Part shown: positions 53,299 through 62,672 of the stretch, in pieces | Position numbering within the stretch: the first letter of the stretch is position 1 | Layout of the letters: each line of letters opens with the position of its first letter | Assembly: GCA_041183345.1 (NCBI GenBank) | Contig: JBEGLX010000001.1 | Span: 19,274-83,273, forward strand | DNA: 64,000 nt | Reading direction: 5' to 3' | DNA from: Planctomycetota bacterium | Lineage (GTDB): Bacteria > Planctomycetota > Phycisphaerae > Phycisphaerales > SM1A02 | The notes under the pieces: generated by a model | Told to the model about the DNA's origin: nothing | The model's database searches: none | The model's input: the letters and a program-made list of their open reading frames with translations, nothing else | Made by a program: the position numbers and the translations under genes

Positions 53299-53895
53299 AT
53301 GAGCGATACGAACCAACCGGATTCCCGCGAACTGCAGGCGCTGCTTCGGCGCGCCGCGGGTGGCGATTCGGCAGCGTGGCGCGCGATCGTCGCGGAGTTC
53401 GCGCCGAGGCTGTTCGGCCTGCTGCGCGCCCATTGCCATGACAGCGAGCTGGCCGAGGAGATCGCCCAGTCGACGTTCTGCACGCTGGCGGCGAAGATCG
53501 GCGAGTACGTCGAGACGGGGCGCTTCGAGTCGTGGATCTTCCGCATCGCGATGAATCGGCTGCGCGACGAGATGCGACGGCGCGTTCGGCATGCGAAGGC
53601 GATCGATGGGGAGCCACTGCAGTCCGTGCCCGCCCGAGCCGGGAAGGGCGGCGCCGCCGCCGCTGGCGAGATCGCCGAGCAACTCGCGCGGGCGATGGCC
53701 AAGCTTCCCGAGGCGGACCGCGAGATCATCGAGTTGCGCCACACGGGTGGAATGAGCTTCAAGGAGTTATCAGACTACTACTCGGAGCCGGTCGGCACCC
53801 TGCTTGCTCGGCATCACCGCGCGCTGCGGAAGCTGCGCGCACTGCTCGAGGATCTCGGGGTCAGCGCCGAGGATTTCGGCGGGGAGGAGCCATGA
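53299..53895 (+). CDS. ECF-type sigma-70 family factor
   Basis: 198 aa. Region 2 (AWRAIVAEFAPRLFGLLRAHC...EIAQSTF, FESWIFRIAMNRLRDEMRR) and region 4 (LPEADREIIELRHTGGMSFKELSDYYSEPVGTLLARHHRALRKLR). Confidence 0.85.
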   Translation: MSDTNQPDSRELQALLRRAAGGDSAAWRAIVAEFAPRLFGLLRAHCHDSELAEEIAQSTFCTLAAKIGEYVETGRFESWIFRIAMNRLRDEMRRRVRHAKAIDGEPLQSVPARAGKGGAAAAGEIAEQLARAMAKLPEADREIIELRHTGGMSFKELSDYYSEPVGTLLARHHRALRKLRALLEDLGVSAEDFGGEEP

Positions 53896-54056
53896 ACGAG
53901 GGTCTCGCCGCGGTGAAGGTGCGGTCTGTGGCGGTCGTGCGGCCTGCCGCGTCCGAATGGGAAGGGCTCGGCTCCGATTGTTCTGTCGGATTCCCAGCGG
54001 CTTCCGCAATCTGCCATGTTGCAAGGCGTTCCACTGGACGCAGGAAGGACGTTTGA
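53892..54056 (+). CDS. Candidate 54-aa small ORF bridging the sigma and anti-sigma-like genes
   Basis: Its ATG overlaps the sigma stop (ATGA at 53892). Its TGA overlaps the next ATG (TGATG at 54054-54058). Codon bias is coding-like only in the first third. Sequence: MNEGLAAVKVRSVAVVRPAASEWEGLGSDCSVGFPAASAICHVARRSTGRRKDV. Confidence 0.3.
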   Translation: MNEGLAAVKVRSVAVVRPAASEWEGLGSDCSVGFPAASAICHVARRSTGRRKDV

Positions 54057-54736
54057 TGAACACGCGCCCCGACAACCCCGAGTCCCGCGAGCCGAAGGCA
54101 GGCGAACTGCCCGCCGACGTGGCTCGGCTCGGCGCGATGCTCGATGCGCGCGGCCGGCGTCAGCGCGAGGCGCTCTCGAGCGAGGCGCTCGAGCGCATCG
54201 CCGCGATGAGCGACCTGCAGCTGCCGATCGTTGGCGCCGACGAGCCCGTTGTCATCGCGAGGATCGAGACTTCGAGCCCGAGCTGGTGGGCGACGCCGCG
54301 CGTGTGGCGCGTGGCTGCAGCCGTCGCCGTGCTCGCGGGCGTCGGTGCGGCGACCTTCCTCGCCGTGCGCGCGTTCCGCAGCGATGCGCCCGCCGAAGGC
54401 ACCCTGGTCGATGGCTCTCGCGCGGTCGCCCCGATTGCGCCGGCGCCGCAATCGCCCATCGATCCGACTCTGCTGAATCCCGCTCGCGCAGGGCTCGCGC
54501 CGGCGCACCTTGAGTCTGCGCTCGCGAGCAGCGCAACCTCCGCGACCGCGGTCGTCGTCGCCCTCTCCGGCTCGGTCAACGAGCCTGCCATGCACTATCA
54601 CGACCTCGACGAGTCGCTGGCGGCCGACATCGCGCCGCTGTTCCAGTCGGGCTCGCTCCTTGACGGCGGTGGACTCACCTACGACGATCTCTCCAGCGAA
54701 TTCGCTGCGATCGTTGCCCCGAAGTCCTTCCGCTGA
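54056..54736 (+). CDS. Single-pass membrane protein, putative anti-sigma factor
   Basis: The ATG at 54056 is preceded by AGGAAGGA. Cytoplasmic helical N-terminus, TM segment (VWRVAAAVAVLAGVGAATFLAV) and a periplasmic tail. The call rests on position next to the ECF sigma gene. Confidence 0.55.
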   Translation: MNTRPDNPESREPKAGELPADVARLGAMLDARGRRQREALSSEALERIAAMSDLQLPIVGADEPVVIARIETSSPSWWATPRVWRVAAAVAVLAGVGAATFLAVRAFRSDAPAEGTLVDGSRAVAPIAPAPQSPIDPTLLNPARAGLAPAHLESALASSATSATAVVVALSGSVNEPAMHYHDLDESLAADIAPLFQSGSLLDGGGLTYDDLSSEFAAIVAPKSFR

Positions 54737-54761
54737 ACGCTTTCCCGCGAGGGTCCATCCC

Positions 54762-55520
54762 ATGAAGTTGCGAAACGTCTCCATTCTCGCGCTGGCGATC
54801 TCGTGCTGCGCCCTGGCGCTTCCGTTGCAGGATTCGGTGCCGCAGGACGGCGGCGCCCCTCGCGAGCGCGAACGCGGCGGTCGCGGCGGACGCGGCTCGA
54901 TGCCGCTGCCGCCCGATTGGCCGCGTGCGGGCGGCTTCGGTCCGAACGCGCAGGGCGGCGAGCGCCCGATGATCGAGGGATTGGTGATCGAGGGACTCAT
55001 CCCCGGCACCTTCGGCCGACGCGAGCTGAACGACGACGACCTCGCCCGCGCTGTCGCCGTGGCGCGCGAGATCTCGCCCGAGTGGGGCGATGCGATCGAA
55101 GCCCGCATCAAGCAGGACTCCGCGCAGGTGAAGCTGGCGCTGCGTACGTCGGGCCGGCGCCTGCTCGGGCTGGTGGCGCTCAAGGAGCGCGCGCCGAAGG
55201 TCTACGAGGCGAAGGTCGCGGAGCTGCGCGCGCAGGCCGAGTGCGATCGCCTGTTCGGGAAGCTTGGCGAGGCGCAGGGCGCCGCCGAGGCGAAGCCCGA
55301 GGACGTTGCTGCCGCGAAGTCGGCGCTCGAGAGCGCTGCGGCGCGGCAGGTCGATGCCACCATCGAGGCGCGCCGGCGCGAGCTCGATGCCCTCGAGGAA
55401 CGCATGAAGAAGCTCCGCGCGGATGTCGAGGCCGACGCCGCGCGGCGGACGGAGCTCGCCCAAGAGGTCGTGAAGCGCCTTGAGACCCGGCGCGAGCAGC
55501 GCGGAGCCCCGCGCGAGTAG
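54762..55520 (+). CDS. Secreted coiled-coil protein, unknown function
   Basis: From the ATG at 54762: MKLRNVSILALAISCCALALPLQ (signal peptide), then an RGG-rich segment, then a long Ala/Glu/Arg/Lys helical region. Confidence 0.6.
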   Translation: MKLRNVSILALAISCCALALPLQDSVPQDGGAPRERERGGRGGRGSMPLPPDWPRAGGFGPNAQGGERPMIEGLVIEGLIPGTFGRRELNDDDLARAVAVAREISPEWGDAIEARIKQDSAQVKLALRTSGRRLLGLVALKERAPKVYEAKVAELRAQAECDRLFGKLGEAQGAAEAKPEDVAAAKSALESAAARQVDATIEARRRELDALEERMKKLRADVEADAARRTELAQEVVKRLETRREQRGAPRE

Positions 55521-55530
55521 CATCCGCGCG

Positions 55531-56550
55531 ATGCAGAAGCACGACCGAAACGCACAATGCCGCGCCGTCGCTCCCCCGCGGCTCGGCCGCGCTGGTCGGA
55601 TAGGCGCCACCGTGCTCGCCTTCGTGCTTCTTGCCTGCGTCGCGACGTTGCCATGGTCGATGGGATCGGTCAAGAGCGGCGAGACCAGGCTCGCGCGCTA
55701 CGAGGCATCGACTCTGTCGCTGAACCTGCTGCCGCCCGCGTGGCAATCGCTGAGCGACGCGGAAGCCGCGCGCATCGAGGCGGCGCGTGCGGCGGGGCAC
55801 TACGTGCCCGGGCGTGTGCTCGGCACCGATCGGCTCGGACGCGATGTCTTCGCGCGCCTGCTCGCGGGCGGCTCTGTGAGCCTGCTGGTCGGGCTGAGCG
55901 CAGCGGCGATCGCCGTACTCGTCGGCACGCTCTATGGATCGGTCGCTGGCGCGGCGGGCGGACGCATCGACGCCATGCTGATGCGATTCGTCGACATCCT
56001 CTTCGGGCTTCCGTCGATCCTGCTCGTCGTGCTGCTCGCCGTTGCCGTCGACGGCGTCATCGAGCGGCGGGGCGCCGATCTGTCCGCAACCGCGCGGCAG
56101 GCGATCAACATCGCGACGCTGCTGGTCGCCATCGGCGGCGTCAGCTGGCTGACGATGGCGCGCGTCATCCGCGGGCAGGTCCTGTCGCTGCGCGCGAAGC
56201 CGTTCATGGAGGCGTGCCGCGCGATCGGGGTGGGCGCCCCGCGGCAGTTCACCGCGCACCTGCTGCCGAACCTCGTCGGACCGATCGCCGTCTACGCGGC
56301 GCTCGCGGTGCCGGCGGCGATCCTCTCCGAGAGCTTCCTCTCGTTCCTCGGGATCGGGGTGCGCGAACCGCTGCCGAGCTGGGGCAACATGGCCGCCGAC
56401 GGGCTCGGGGAGCTGAACACCGTCGACAGCCGCTGGTGGCTGCTGGTCGCCCCATGCCTGTCGATCGCGCTGACGCTGGTTTCGCTGAATTTCCTCGGCG
56501 ACGAGCTGCGCGAGCGATTTGACCCGATGCGCGGCCGCAAGGCGGCGTGA
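55531..56550 (+). CDS. ABC transporter permease, OppC/DppC type (first of two)
   Basis: VLGTDRLGRDVFARLL motif and an EAA-like loop (AKPFMEACRAIGVGAPRQFTAHLLPN). The ATG at 55531 lies 10 nt after the preceding stop. Confidence 0.85.
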   Translation: MQKHDRNAQCRAVAPPRLGRAGRIGATVLAFVLLACVATLPWSMGSVKSGETRLARYEASTLSLNLLPPAWQSLSDAEAARIEAARAAGHYVPGRVLGTDRLGRDVFARLLAGGSVSLLVGLSAAAIAVLVGTLYGSVAGAAGGRIDAMLMRFVDILFGLPSILLVVLLAVAVDGVIERRGADLSATARQAINIATLLVAIGGVSWLTMARVIRGQVLSLRAKPFMEACRAIGVGAPRQFTAHLLPNLVGPIAVYAALAVPAAILSESFLSFLGIGVREPLPSWGNMAADGLGELNTVDSRWWLLVAPCLSIALTLVSLNFLGDELRERFDPMRGRKAA

Positions 56551-56613
56551 ATCGCCCCCTTCTGCGGTTAGGATGCGACGCCCGCGGTCAACCCCCGCAG
56601 GCTCAGGTCCACC

Positions 56614-58494
56614 ATGAATAACCGTTTTGGCTTCAAGGACTTCATCCAGATCGTGCTCCTCGGCGCGGTGCTGGTCCTCGTCTGGATGTCGATGCTGCAG
56701 CGCGACCGCGAGTGGGTCCTCCAGCGCGACATCCTCGACAAGCTCGGCGCAGTGGAGAAGAAGCTCGCCAGCGGGATGGTCGCCGCTGCGCCCGCCCGCG
56801 AAGGTGGCTCGACACGCCCGGCCGTGCGTGACGAGTCGTGGGCTCGCGCGGGCGTGCCCATCGAGTGGCAGGAGCCGTGGGGCTTCGCGAGCGACCCCGC
56901 CTCGCAGCCAGGCTTCTCTGAAGGCGGTGAGTTCACCGAGATCTTCGAAGGGCAGCCGCCGAAGATCACCCCGAACATCGCCAGCGACGTCTACGGGCGC
57001 CGAGTCATCGACCGCGTGTGCGATTCGCTGGGCGCGTACGACCCGCGCACGCTCAGGTTCCGCGGCGTGCTCGCCGCGGCGTGGCAGCAGGATCCCGCGG
57101 GCATGTGGATCCGCGTGCGCCTGCACGAAGGGCTGCGCTTCTCCGATGGCGAGCCGCTGACCGCGGAGGACGTGCGCTGGACCTTCGACGACTACATCTT
57201 CAATCCGTCGATGGAGACCGAGCGCGTGCGCGCGACCCTCGATCAGATCGAGGACGTGAAGGTGATCGATCCGCTGACGGTCGAGTTCGTCTTCAACAAG
57301 TCGCTCTCGTTCAACCTGACCTACACCCTCGGGAACTACGTGCTTCCCAAGCACTTCTACTCGAAGCTGCAGGCGTCGCAGATCAACAGCGCGACCGGGC
57401 TCCTGATGGGCTCCGGTCCGTTCAAGCTTGAGCGCCTCGACCCCGAGAACCAGTGGGCGCCGGGGCAGGACCTCGTGCTCGTCCGCAACGAGAGCTACTG
57501 GGGGCCGCGCCCGCCGCTCGAGCGGCTGCGCTTCAAGGTCGTGGCCGACAGCACCTCGCGCCTGGCTGCGTATCAGTCGAACGAAGGCGACATGATCACG
57601 CCCACCAGCCCGCAGTTCGTGAAGAAGACGAAGGAGCCGGGCTGGGATGGGAAGAACCAGTCGCTTCGCTGGGTGAACATGCGCTCGGGCTACTCGTTCA
57701 TCTGCTGGAACCAAGGCAAGAACGCAGGGCGGCAGACGCCGTTCGCGGACAAGCGCGTGCGGCAGGCGATGACGCTGTGCCTCGACCGCGAGCGGATGCT
57801 GAAGGACATCTGGGAGGGCGTGGGCGTACTGTCGCAAGGCCCAGTGAACCCCGAGAGCCCTGTGTTCGCGAGCGAGATCAAGCCGTGGGCGTTCGACCCT
57901 GAGCGCGGCAAGGCGCTGCTCGCGGAGGCCGGCTGGAAGGACCGCAACGGCGACGGCATCCTCGAGAACGAGAAGGGCGATGTGTTCGAGTTCGAGTTCA
58001 TCCGGCCCGGATCGGACGAGATCTCCGAGCGAATCTCGACCTTCATCAAGGATCACTACGCGCGCGTCGGCATCGTGATGAAGGTGAAGCCGATCGATTG
58101 GGCGGCGATGTCGGACATCCTGAAGGCGCGCAGCTACGACGCGCTGACGATGGCGTGGGCCGCGAGCGCGCCCGAGAGCGATCCGCGGCAGATCTTCCAC
58201 TCCGAGTCGATCAAGGAAGGCGGCGACAACTTCGCGCAGTGGAGCTCGCCCGCCGCGGACAAGGCGATCGACGGCATCCGCCTGACCATCGACTTCGAGA
58301 AGCGTCGCCAGGCATGGCAGGAGTTCCAGGCGATCATCCACGACGAGCAGCCGTACACCTTCATCCGGGTCGCTCCGTGGGCGCGCTTCGTGAAGAAGGA
58401 GATCGGCAACGTCCAGATGCACAAGTCGGGCCTTGAGCCCTGGGAGTTCTTCCGTGCGGCACCCGCCGCGGCGGCTGCACCCTCGGCCGGGTAA
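56614..58494 (+). CDS. ABC transporter substrate-binding protein, family 5 (OppA/DppA-like), membrane-anchored
   Basis: 626 aa. N-terminal anchor (IVLLGAVLVLVWMSML). SBP_bac_5-type body (WIRVRLHEGLRFSDGEPLTAEDVRWTF, NESYWGPRPPLERLRFKVV). Confidence 0.85.
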   Translation: MNNRFGFKDFIQIVLLGAVLVLVWMSMLQRDREWVLQRDILDKLGAVEKKLASGMVAAAPAREGGSTRPAVRDESWARAGVPIEWQEPWGFASDPASQPGFSEGGEFTEIFEGQPPKITPNIASDVYGRRVIDRVCDSLGAYDPRTLRFRGVLAAAWQQDPAGMWIRVRLHEGLRFSDGEPLTAEDVRWTFDDYIFNPSMETERVRATLDQIEDVKVIDPLTVEFVFNKSLSFNLTYTLGNYVLPKHFYSKLQASQINSATGLLMGSGPFKLERLDPENQWAPGQDLVLVRNESYWGPRPPLERLRFKVVADSTSRLAAYQSNEGDMITPTSPQFVKKTKEPGWDGKNQSLRWVNMRSGYSFICWNQGKNAGRQTPFADKRVRQAMTLCLDRERMLKDIWEGVGVLSQGPVNPESPVFASEIKPWAFDPERGKALLAEAGWKDRNGDGILENEKGDVFEFEFIRPGSDEISERISTFIKDHYARVGIVMKVKPIDWAAMSDILKARSYDALTMAWAASAPESDPRQIFHSESIKEGGDNFAQWSSPAADKAIDGIRLTIDFEKRRQAWQEFQAIIHDEQPYTFIRVAPWARFVKKEIGNVQMHKSGLEPWEFFRAAPAAAAAPSAG

Positions 58495-58497
58495 TCG

Positions 58498-60027
58498 ATG
58501 GTCAACTACATCGCACGGCGCCTCCTCTTCATGCTGCCGACGGTGATCGGAATCACCTTCGTGGTGTTCCTGTTGCTGGCGCTGTCGCCGGGCGGCATCG
58601 GTGCCGCGGCGTCTGCGGCGGGCGGGCAGCAGGATGCGTCGAAGGCTGCGATCCTGGAGGCGTATCTCCAGGACCGCTACGGCCTGAACGATCCCGTGCT
58701 CGTCCAGTACGTGCGCTGGCTGCATCGGCTTTCGCCGGTGAAGTTCGGCACGCGCGACCAGATCACTCCCGCCGGCGAGCGCCTGCAGGCGCCGAAGGAG
58801 ATTCCTGATCCGCCGCTGGTGACGTGGGGCGGCTTCACGCTGCCGCAGGTGCCTGCGGAGGCCGTGGGTCCTGCGCTGAAGGCGGCCGTCGAGGATGAGC
58901 GCCAGCGCGAGTACCGCAGGATCTCGAACGACGCGCTCTCGGCGCGCTCGCGCTATCTCGGCGCGAAGCGCGAGTTCGAGTCGGCGCTCGTCGAGTACGC
59001 GCGTGCGGCCGACCGAGAGGATTGGCTCGACGCGAAGGGCAAGATCGTGATCGAGCGCGTCGGGGATGCGCCTGCGGATCGCGCGAACACGGCATGGCCG
59101 GCGGTCGAGGCCGCGTTCGGCAAGATGGCGTCGACGTGGTCCGAGGCGATGGCGAAGCGCGCCGTGCTGGCGAAGGCGTTCGCCGAGCTGCCGTTTCCCG
59201 AGGCCGGATTGCCCGTGATCCCGGGCACGCTCTGGGTCGGCACGCCTGACCTCGGCACTGCGTTCTCGAAGAGCCGTCCCGTCGGCGACCTCATCACCGA
59301 TGCGCTGCCGGTGACGCTGCTCCTGAACCTGATCGCGTTCCCCATCATCTATCTCGTGGCGATCCCCTCGGGCATCCTCGCGAGCGCGCGCGCGGGCTCG
59401 TGGTTCGACAAGTTCTCCGGCGCGACCTACGTCGCGCTCTGGTCGGTGCCGACCGTGTGGGCGGGCGTGCTGGCCGTCGGCTACCTCGCGAGCGACGAGT
59501 ATCTCGGATGGTTCCCGGTGTCGGGTCTGCATGATCGCGCAGCCGATGCGTGGACCTTCCTGCCCGGCGTCCAGGCCGACGGCTCGTGGCAGATCGGCTG
59601 GATCACCGACGTCCTCTGGCACATCGTGCTGCCGGTGGCGTGCCTGGTGTACGGCGGTTTCGCCGTGCTGTCGAAGCAGACGCGCGCAGCGATGCTCGAC
59701 AACTTCAACGCCGACTACGTGCGCACCGCGAAGGCGAAGGGCGTGGCGCGCCGCGACGTGGTGATCCACCACGTCTTCCGCAACAGCCTTCTGCCCCTCA
59801 TCACCATGTTCGTGACCGTGTTCCCCGCGACGCTCGCGGGCTCGGTGGTGATCGAGCGCATCTTCTCGGTGCCCGGCATGGGATCGCTCATCCTCGATGC
59901 CATCAGCCAGCGCGACCGCGAGCTGATCCTCGCCAACACCTTCATGATCGCGTGCGTGAACCTCACCGCGCTGCTCCTTGCCGACATCCTCTATGCGGTC
60001 GCGGATCCGCGGGTGAGCTATGAGTGA
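58498..60027 (+). CDS. ABC transporter permease, OppB/DppB type, with an insertion of about 150-200 aa after TM1
   Basis: The MVNYIARRLLFMLPTVIGITFVVFLL N-terminus and the ADYVRTAKAKGVARRDVVIHHVFRNSLLPLIT EAA loop are canonical. A helical insert sits between them. Confidence 0.85.
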   Translation: MVNYIARRLLFMLPTVIGITFVVFLLLALSPGGIGAAASAAGGQQDASKAAILEAYLQDRYGLNDPVLVQYVRWLHRLSPVKFGTRDQITPAGERLQAPKEIPDPPLVTWGGFTLPQVPAEAVGPALKAAVEDERQREYRRISNDALSARSRYLGAKREFESALVEYARAADREDWLDAKGKIVIERVGDAPADRANTAWPAVEAAFGKMASTWSEAMAKRAVLAKAFAELPFPEAGLPVIPGTLWVGTPDLGTAFSKSRPVGDLITDALPVTLLLNLIAFPIIYLVAIPSGILASARAGSWFDKFSGATYVALWSVPTVWAGVLAVGYLASDEYLGWFPVSGLHDRAADAWTFLPGVQADGSWQIGWITDVLWHIVLPVACLVYGGFAVLSKQTRAAMLDNFNADYVRTAKAKGVARRDVVIHHVFRNSLLPLITMFVTVFPATLAGSVVIERIFSVPGMGSLILDAISQRDRELILANTFMIACVNLTALLLADILYAVADPRVSYE

Positions 60028-61525
60028 CGCCAAGCGGACCGGTGCGGAGGAGCCGCGCGCGATCAGCGGCATCGACGCGATGCGCGGCGTGGGCGCTGTG
60101 CAGGCGAAGGGCTTCTGGGCGGACGCGTGGGACCGCGTGGTCGGGCGCTTTGGCGCCCGGCTGGCGCTGGCGTGGATCTCGATGATCGCGCTGTTCGCCG
60201 TGCTCGGGCCCGTGGTCGCGAACGCGCATCCGATCTGGCGGAAGAACGTGAAGACGGGCGCGTGGGACTCTCCGCTCTGGCAGAACCTGACGAGCGTCGA
60301 CATCGCGCTCCTCGCCGGGGCGCTCGTCGGGCTGCCGTTCGCGTTCCTGCCTGCCCGCATCGCCGAGCGGATCGGCATGCCGCTGCGCTCGTCGCGGCTC
60401 GGGCTGCTGCTGCTGGTCGCGCTGCAGGCGGGCTTCACCATCGTGATCGCGGGCGTGATCTCGTCGGTGAGCCGCGACAATTCCAGCGCGATGTGGATGC
60501 GCGAGCTCGGGCGCTCGGAGTGGTTCCCGTGGGCCGCGTCGGCATCGGTTGCCGCGGTGCTTGCGCTTGGCGCTGCGGTGATCGCGGGGCGATCTACGGT
60601 GCGGCTCGCCGCGGTGCTGCTCGCCGCGATCGTCGCGTGCACGTCGAGCGCGTCACGCTGGAATGAGCGGCTGGTCGACTTCGAGCTCTACGACCGCCAG
60701 GAGGCGTCGGGCGAGTACGAGATGGCCTACACGCTGGTGCCGTTCTCGCCCGCGTACGGACGTTCGGATTCGTACACGCTGCGTCCGCTCACGCGCCTGG
60801 GCGAAGCGGTGGAGGGCACGCGGGACACGCCGCTCGGCGACCGCGTCGTGGTGCTCGGCACCGATGCGCTTGGCAAGGACGTGCTGTCGCAGATGCTGTG
60901 GGCGTGCCGGCTCTCGATCTCGATCGGCCTCGTCTCGACGGGCATCGCGCTCCTGATCGGCGTGACCATCGGCGCGCTCATGGGCTACTTCGGCGGCTGG
61001 GTCGACCTGCTTCTCTTCCGCGTCGTCGAGATCTTCATGGCGATCCCCGTGCTCTTCCTGCTGATCGTGGCCGCGGCGGTGCTGCCGCGCAACACCTACG
61101 TGATGATGGCGATCATCGGCTGCGTGTCGTGGACGGGCGCCGCGCGCTTCACCCGCGCCGAGTTCCTCAAGCTGCGCCGCCAGGATTTCGTGCAGGGCGC
61201 GCAGGCGGCGGGGCTTCCGCTGCGGAGCGTCCTCTTCCGCCACATGCTGCCGAACGGCGTGACGCCCGTGCTCGTCGACGCGTCGTTCGCGGTCGCCGCG
61301 GCGATCATCGCCGAGGCGACGCTGTCGTACCTGGGCCTTGGTCCCGACGGGCAGGCGTCGTGGGGCAAGCTCCTCTCGAGCGCGACCGGCACCACGGGCA
61401 CCTTCGTCTGGTGGCTCGCCGTGTTCCCTGGGTTCGCGATCTTCTTCACCGTGCTCAGCTACAACATGCTTGGCGAGGCCATGCGCGACGCGATCGACCC
61501 GAAGCTGCGAAAGGCGGCCCACTGA
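60020..61525 (+). CDS. ABC transporter permease, OppC/DppC type (second), with an extra N-terminal TM region of about 200 aa
   Basis: [16 protein letters not shown], and [25 protein letters not shown] as the EAA loop. The ATG overlaps the oppB-type gene's 3' end. Confidence 0.85.
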   Translation: MSDAKRTGAEEPRAISGIDAMRGVGAVQAKGFWADAWDRVVGRFGARLALAWISMIALFAVLGPVVANAHPIWRKNVKTGAWDSPLWQNLTSVDIALLAGALVGLPFAFLPARIAERIGMPLRSSRLGLLLLVALQAGFTIVIAGVISSVSRDNSSAMWMRELGRSEWFPWAASASVAAVLALGAAVIAGRSTVRLAAVLLAAIVACTSSASRWNERLVDFELYDRQEASGEYEMAYTLVPFSPAYGRSDSYTLRPLTRLGEAVEGTRDTPLGDRVVVLGTDALGKDVLSQMLWACRLSISIGLVSTGIALLIGVTIGALMGYFGGWVDLLLFRVVEIFMAIPVLFLLIVAAAVLPRNTYVMMAIIGCVSWTGAARFTRAEFLKLRRQDFVQGAQAAGLPLRSVLFRHMLPNGVTPVLVDASFAVAAAIIAEATLSYLGLGPDGQASWGKLLSSATGTTGTFVWWLAVFPGFAIFFTVLSYNMLGEAMRDAIDPKLRKAAH

Positions 61526-62628
61526 TGGAAGCCGCGACCAGTCCGACTCCCGCGCCCGTGCGCACGAAGCCGATCCTCGAGGTCGCAGACCTTGCCGTGA
61601 GCTTTGCGAACTCCGCGGGCGGGCCGCGCATCCAGGCGGTCGCCGGCGTGTCGATGACCGTGCATCCGAACCAGACGCTTGCGGTCGTGGGCGAATCCGG
61701 CTGCGGCAAGAGCGTGACGGCGATGAGCACGATGCAGCTCATCCCGCGTCCGCCCGGACGCTTCGACCGCGGCTCGATCCTGTTCGATGGCGAGGACATC
61801 CTCTCGTACACCGAGTCGCAGATGCTCAAGGTGCGCGGCGGAAAGATCGCGATGATCTTCCAGGAGCCGATGACGAGCCTCAACCCGGTCTACACGATCG
61901 GCGACCAGATCATCGAGGCGATCCTGCTCCATCAGAAGGTCTCGGCCGACGAGGCCTGGGACCTCGCCATCCGCGCGATGAAGGACGTCGGCATCCCGAA
62001 GGCGGAGGAGCGCATGCGCGCGTATCCGCACCAGTTCTCGGGTGGCATGCGCCAGCGCGTGATGATCGCGATGGCGCTCGCGTGCCAGCCGCGGCTGCTG
62101 CTCGCCGATGAGCCGACGACCGCGCTCGATGTGACGATCCAGGCGCAGATCCTCGAGCTGCTGCGCGAACTGCAGCGCTTGCGCGGCATGGGCATCATGC
62201 TCATCACCCACAGCCTCGGCGTCGTCGCGGAGAACGCCGATGTGGTGTGCGTGATGTACGCGGGACGCGTGGTCGAGTACGCGCGCGTGTTCGAGCTCTT
62301 CGACAACCCACTGCATCCGTACACGCGCGGGCTGTTCAACTCGATCCCGCTGCTCAAGGAACGGAAGCACCGGCTGACGACCGTCGAGGAGGTCGTGCAC
62401 GACCCCGCGCAGTTCAGGCTGCAGGGGATGCAGGGCGACCATGCCAAGCTCGTGCCGTGGTGGCCCGATCCGCCGAAGGGCGTGAAGCCGGAGCTTGCGC
62501 GCGATCGCGATGAATACGCGCTGGTGCAGGTGGCGCCCACCCGCTGGGTCGGCTGCTTCAACACGCCGTGGGTCGAGGAGCATCCGAGCCCGCGTCCCGA
62601 CCTCGACTACCGCCGCGAAGACTCGTGA
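61525..62628 (+). CDS. ABC transporter ATP-binding protein, OppD/DppD type (the only ATPase in the operon)
   Basis: From the ATG at 61525 (TGATG overlap). Walker A GESGCGKS, signature FSGGMRQR, Walker [13 protein letters not shown], and an oligopeptide-type C-terminal domain (HPYTRGL). Confidence 0.88.
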   Translation: MEAATSPTPAPVRTKPILEVADLAVSFANSAGGPRIQAVAGVSMTVHPNQTLAVVGESGCGKSVTAMSTMQLIPRPPGRFDRGSILFDGEDILSYTESQMLKVRGGKIAMIFQEPMTSLNPVYTIGDQIIEAILLHQKVSADEAWDLAIRAMKDVGIPKAEERMRAYPHQFSGGMRQRVMIAMALACQPRLLLADEPTTALDVTIQAQILELLRELQRLRGMGIMLITHSLGVVAENADVVCVMYAGRVVEYARVFELFDNPLHPYTRGLFNSIPLLKERKHRLTTVEEVVHDPAQFRLQGMQGDHAKLVPWWPDPPKGVKPELARDRDEYALVQVAPTRWVGCFNTPWVEEHPSPRPDLDYRREDS

Positions 62629-62672
62629 CGGGTGGTGAATCCGCTGGTCGGCGCGTGCGAAACACGCGAACC

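Noticed and set aside
51301-53742. 813-aa minus-strand ORF
   Set aside because: It is antisense to the HU, dnaB and ECF sigma genes, all of which have clear family motifs on the plus strand.
53804-54055. Longer version of the anti-sigma-like ORF starting at 53804
   Set aside because: It would overlap the ECF sigma gene by 92 nt. The ATG at 54056 has a strong AGGAAGGA ribosome-binding site.
55180-60642. 1820-aa ORF on the minus strand
   Set aside because: It is antisense to five plus-strand genes with clear ABC-transporter motifs. It crosses gene boundaries, has Arg/His/Gly/Ala-biased composition and contains no motifs. It is a GC-rich shadow ORF.
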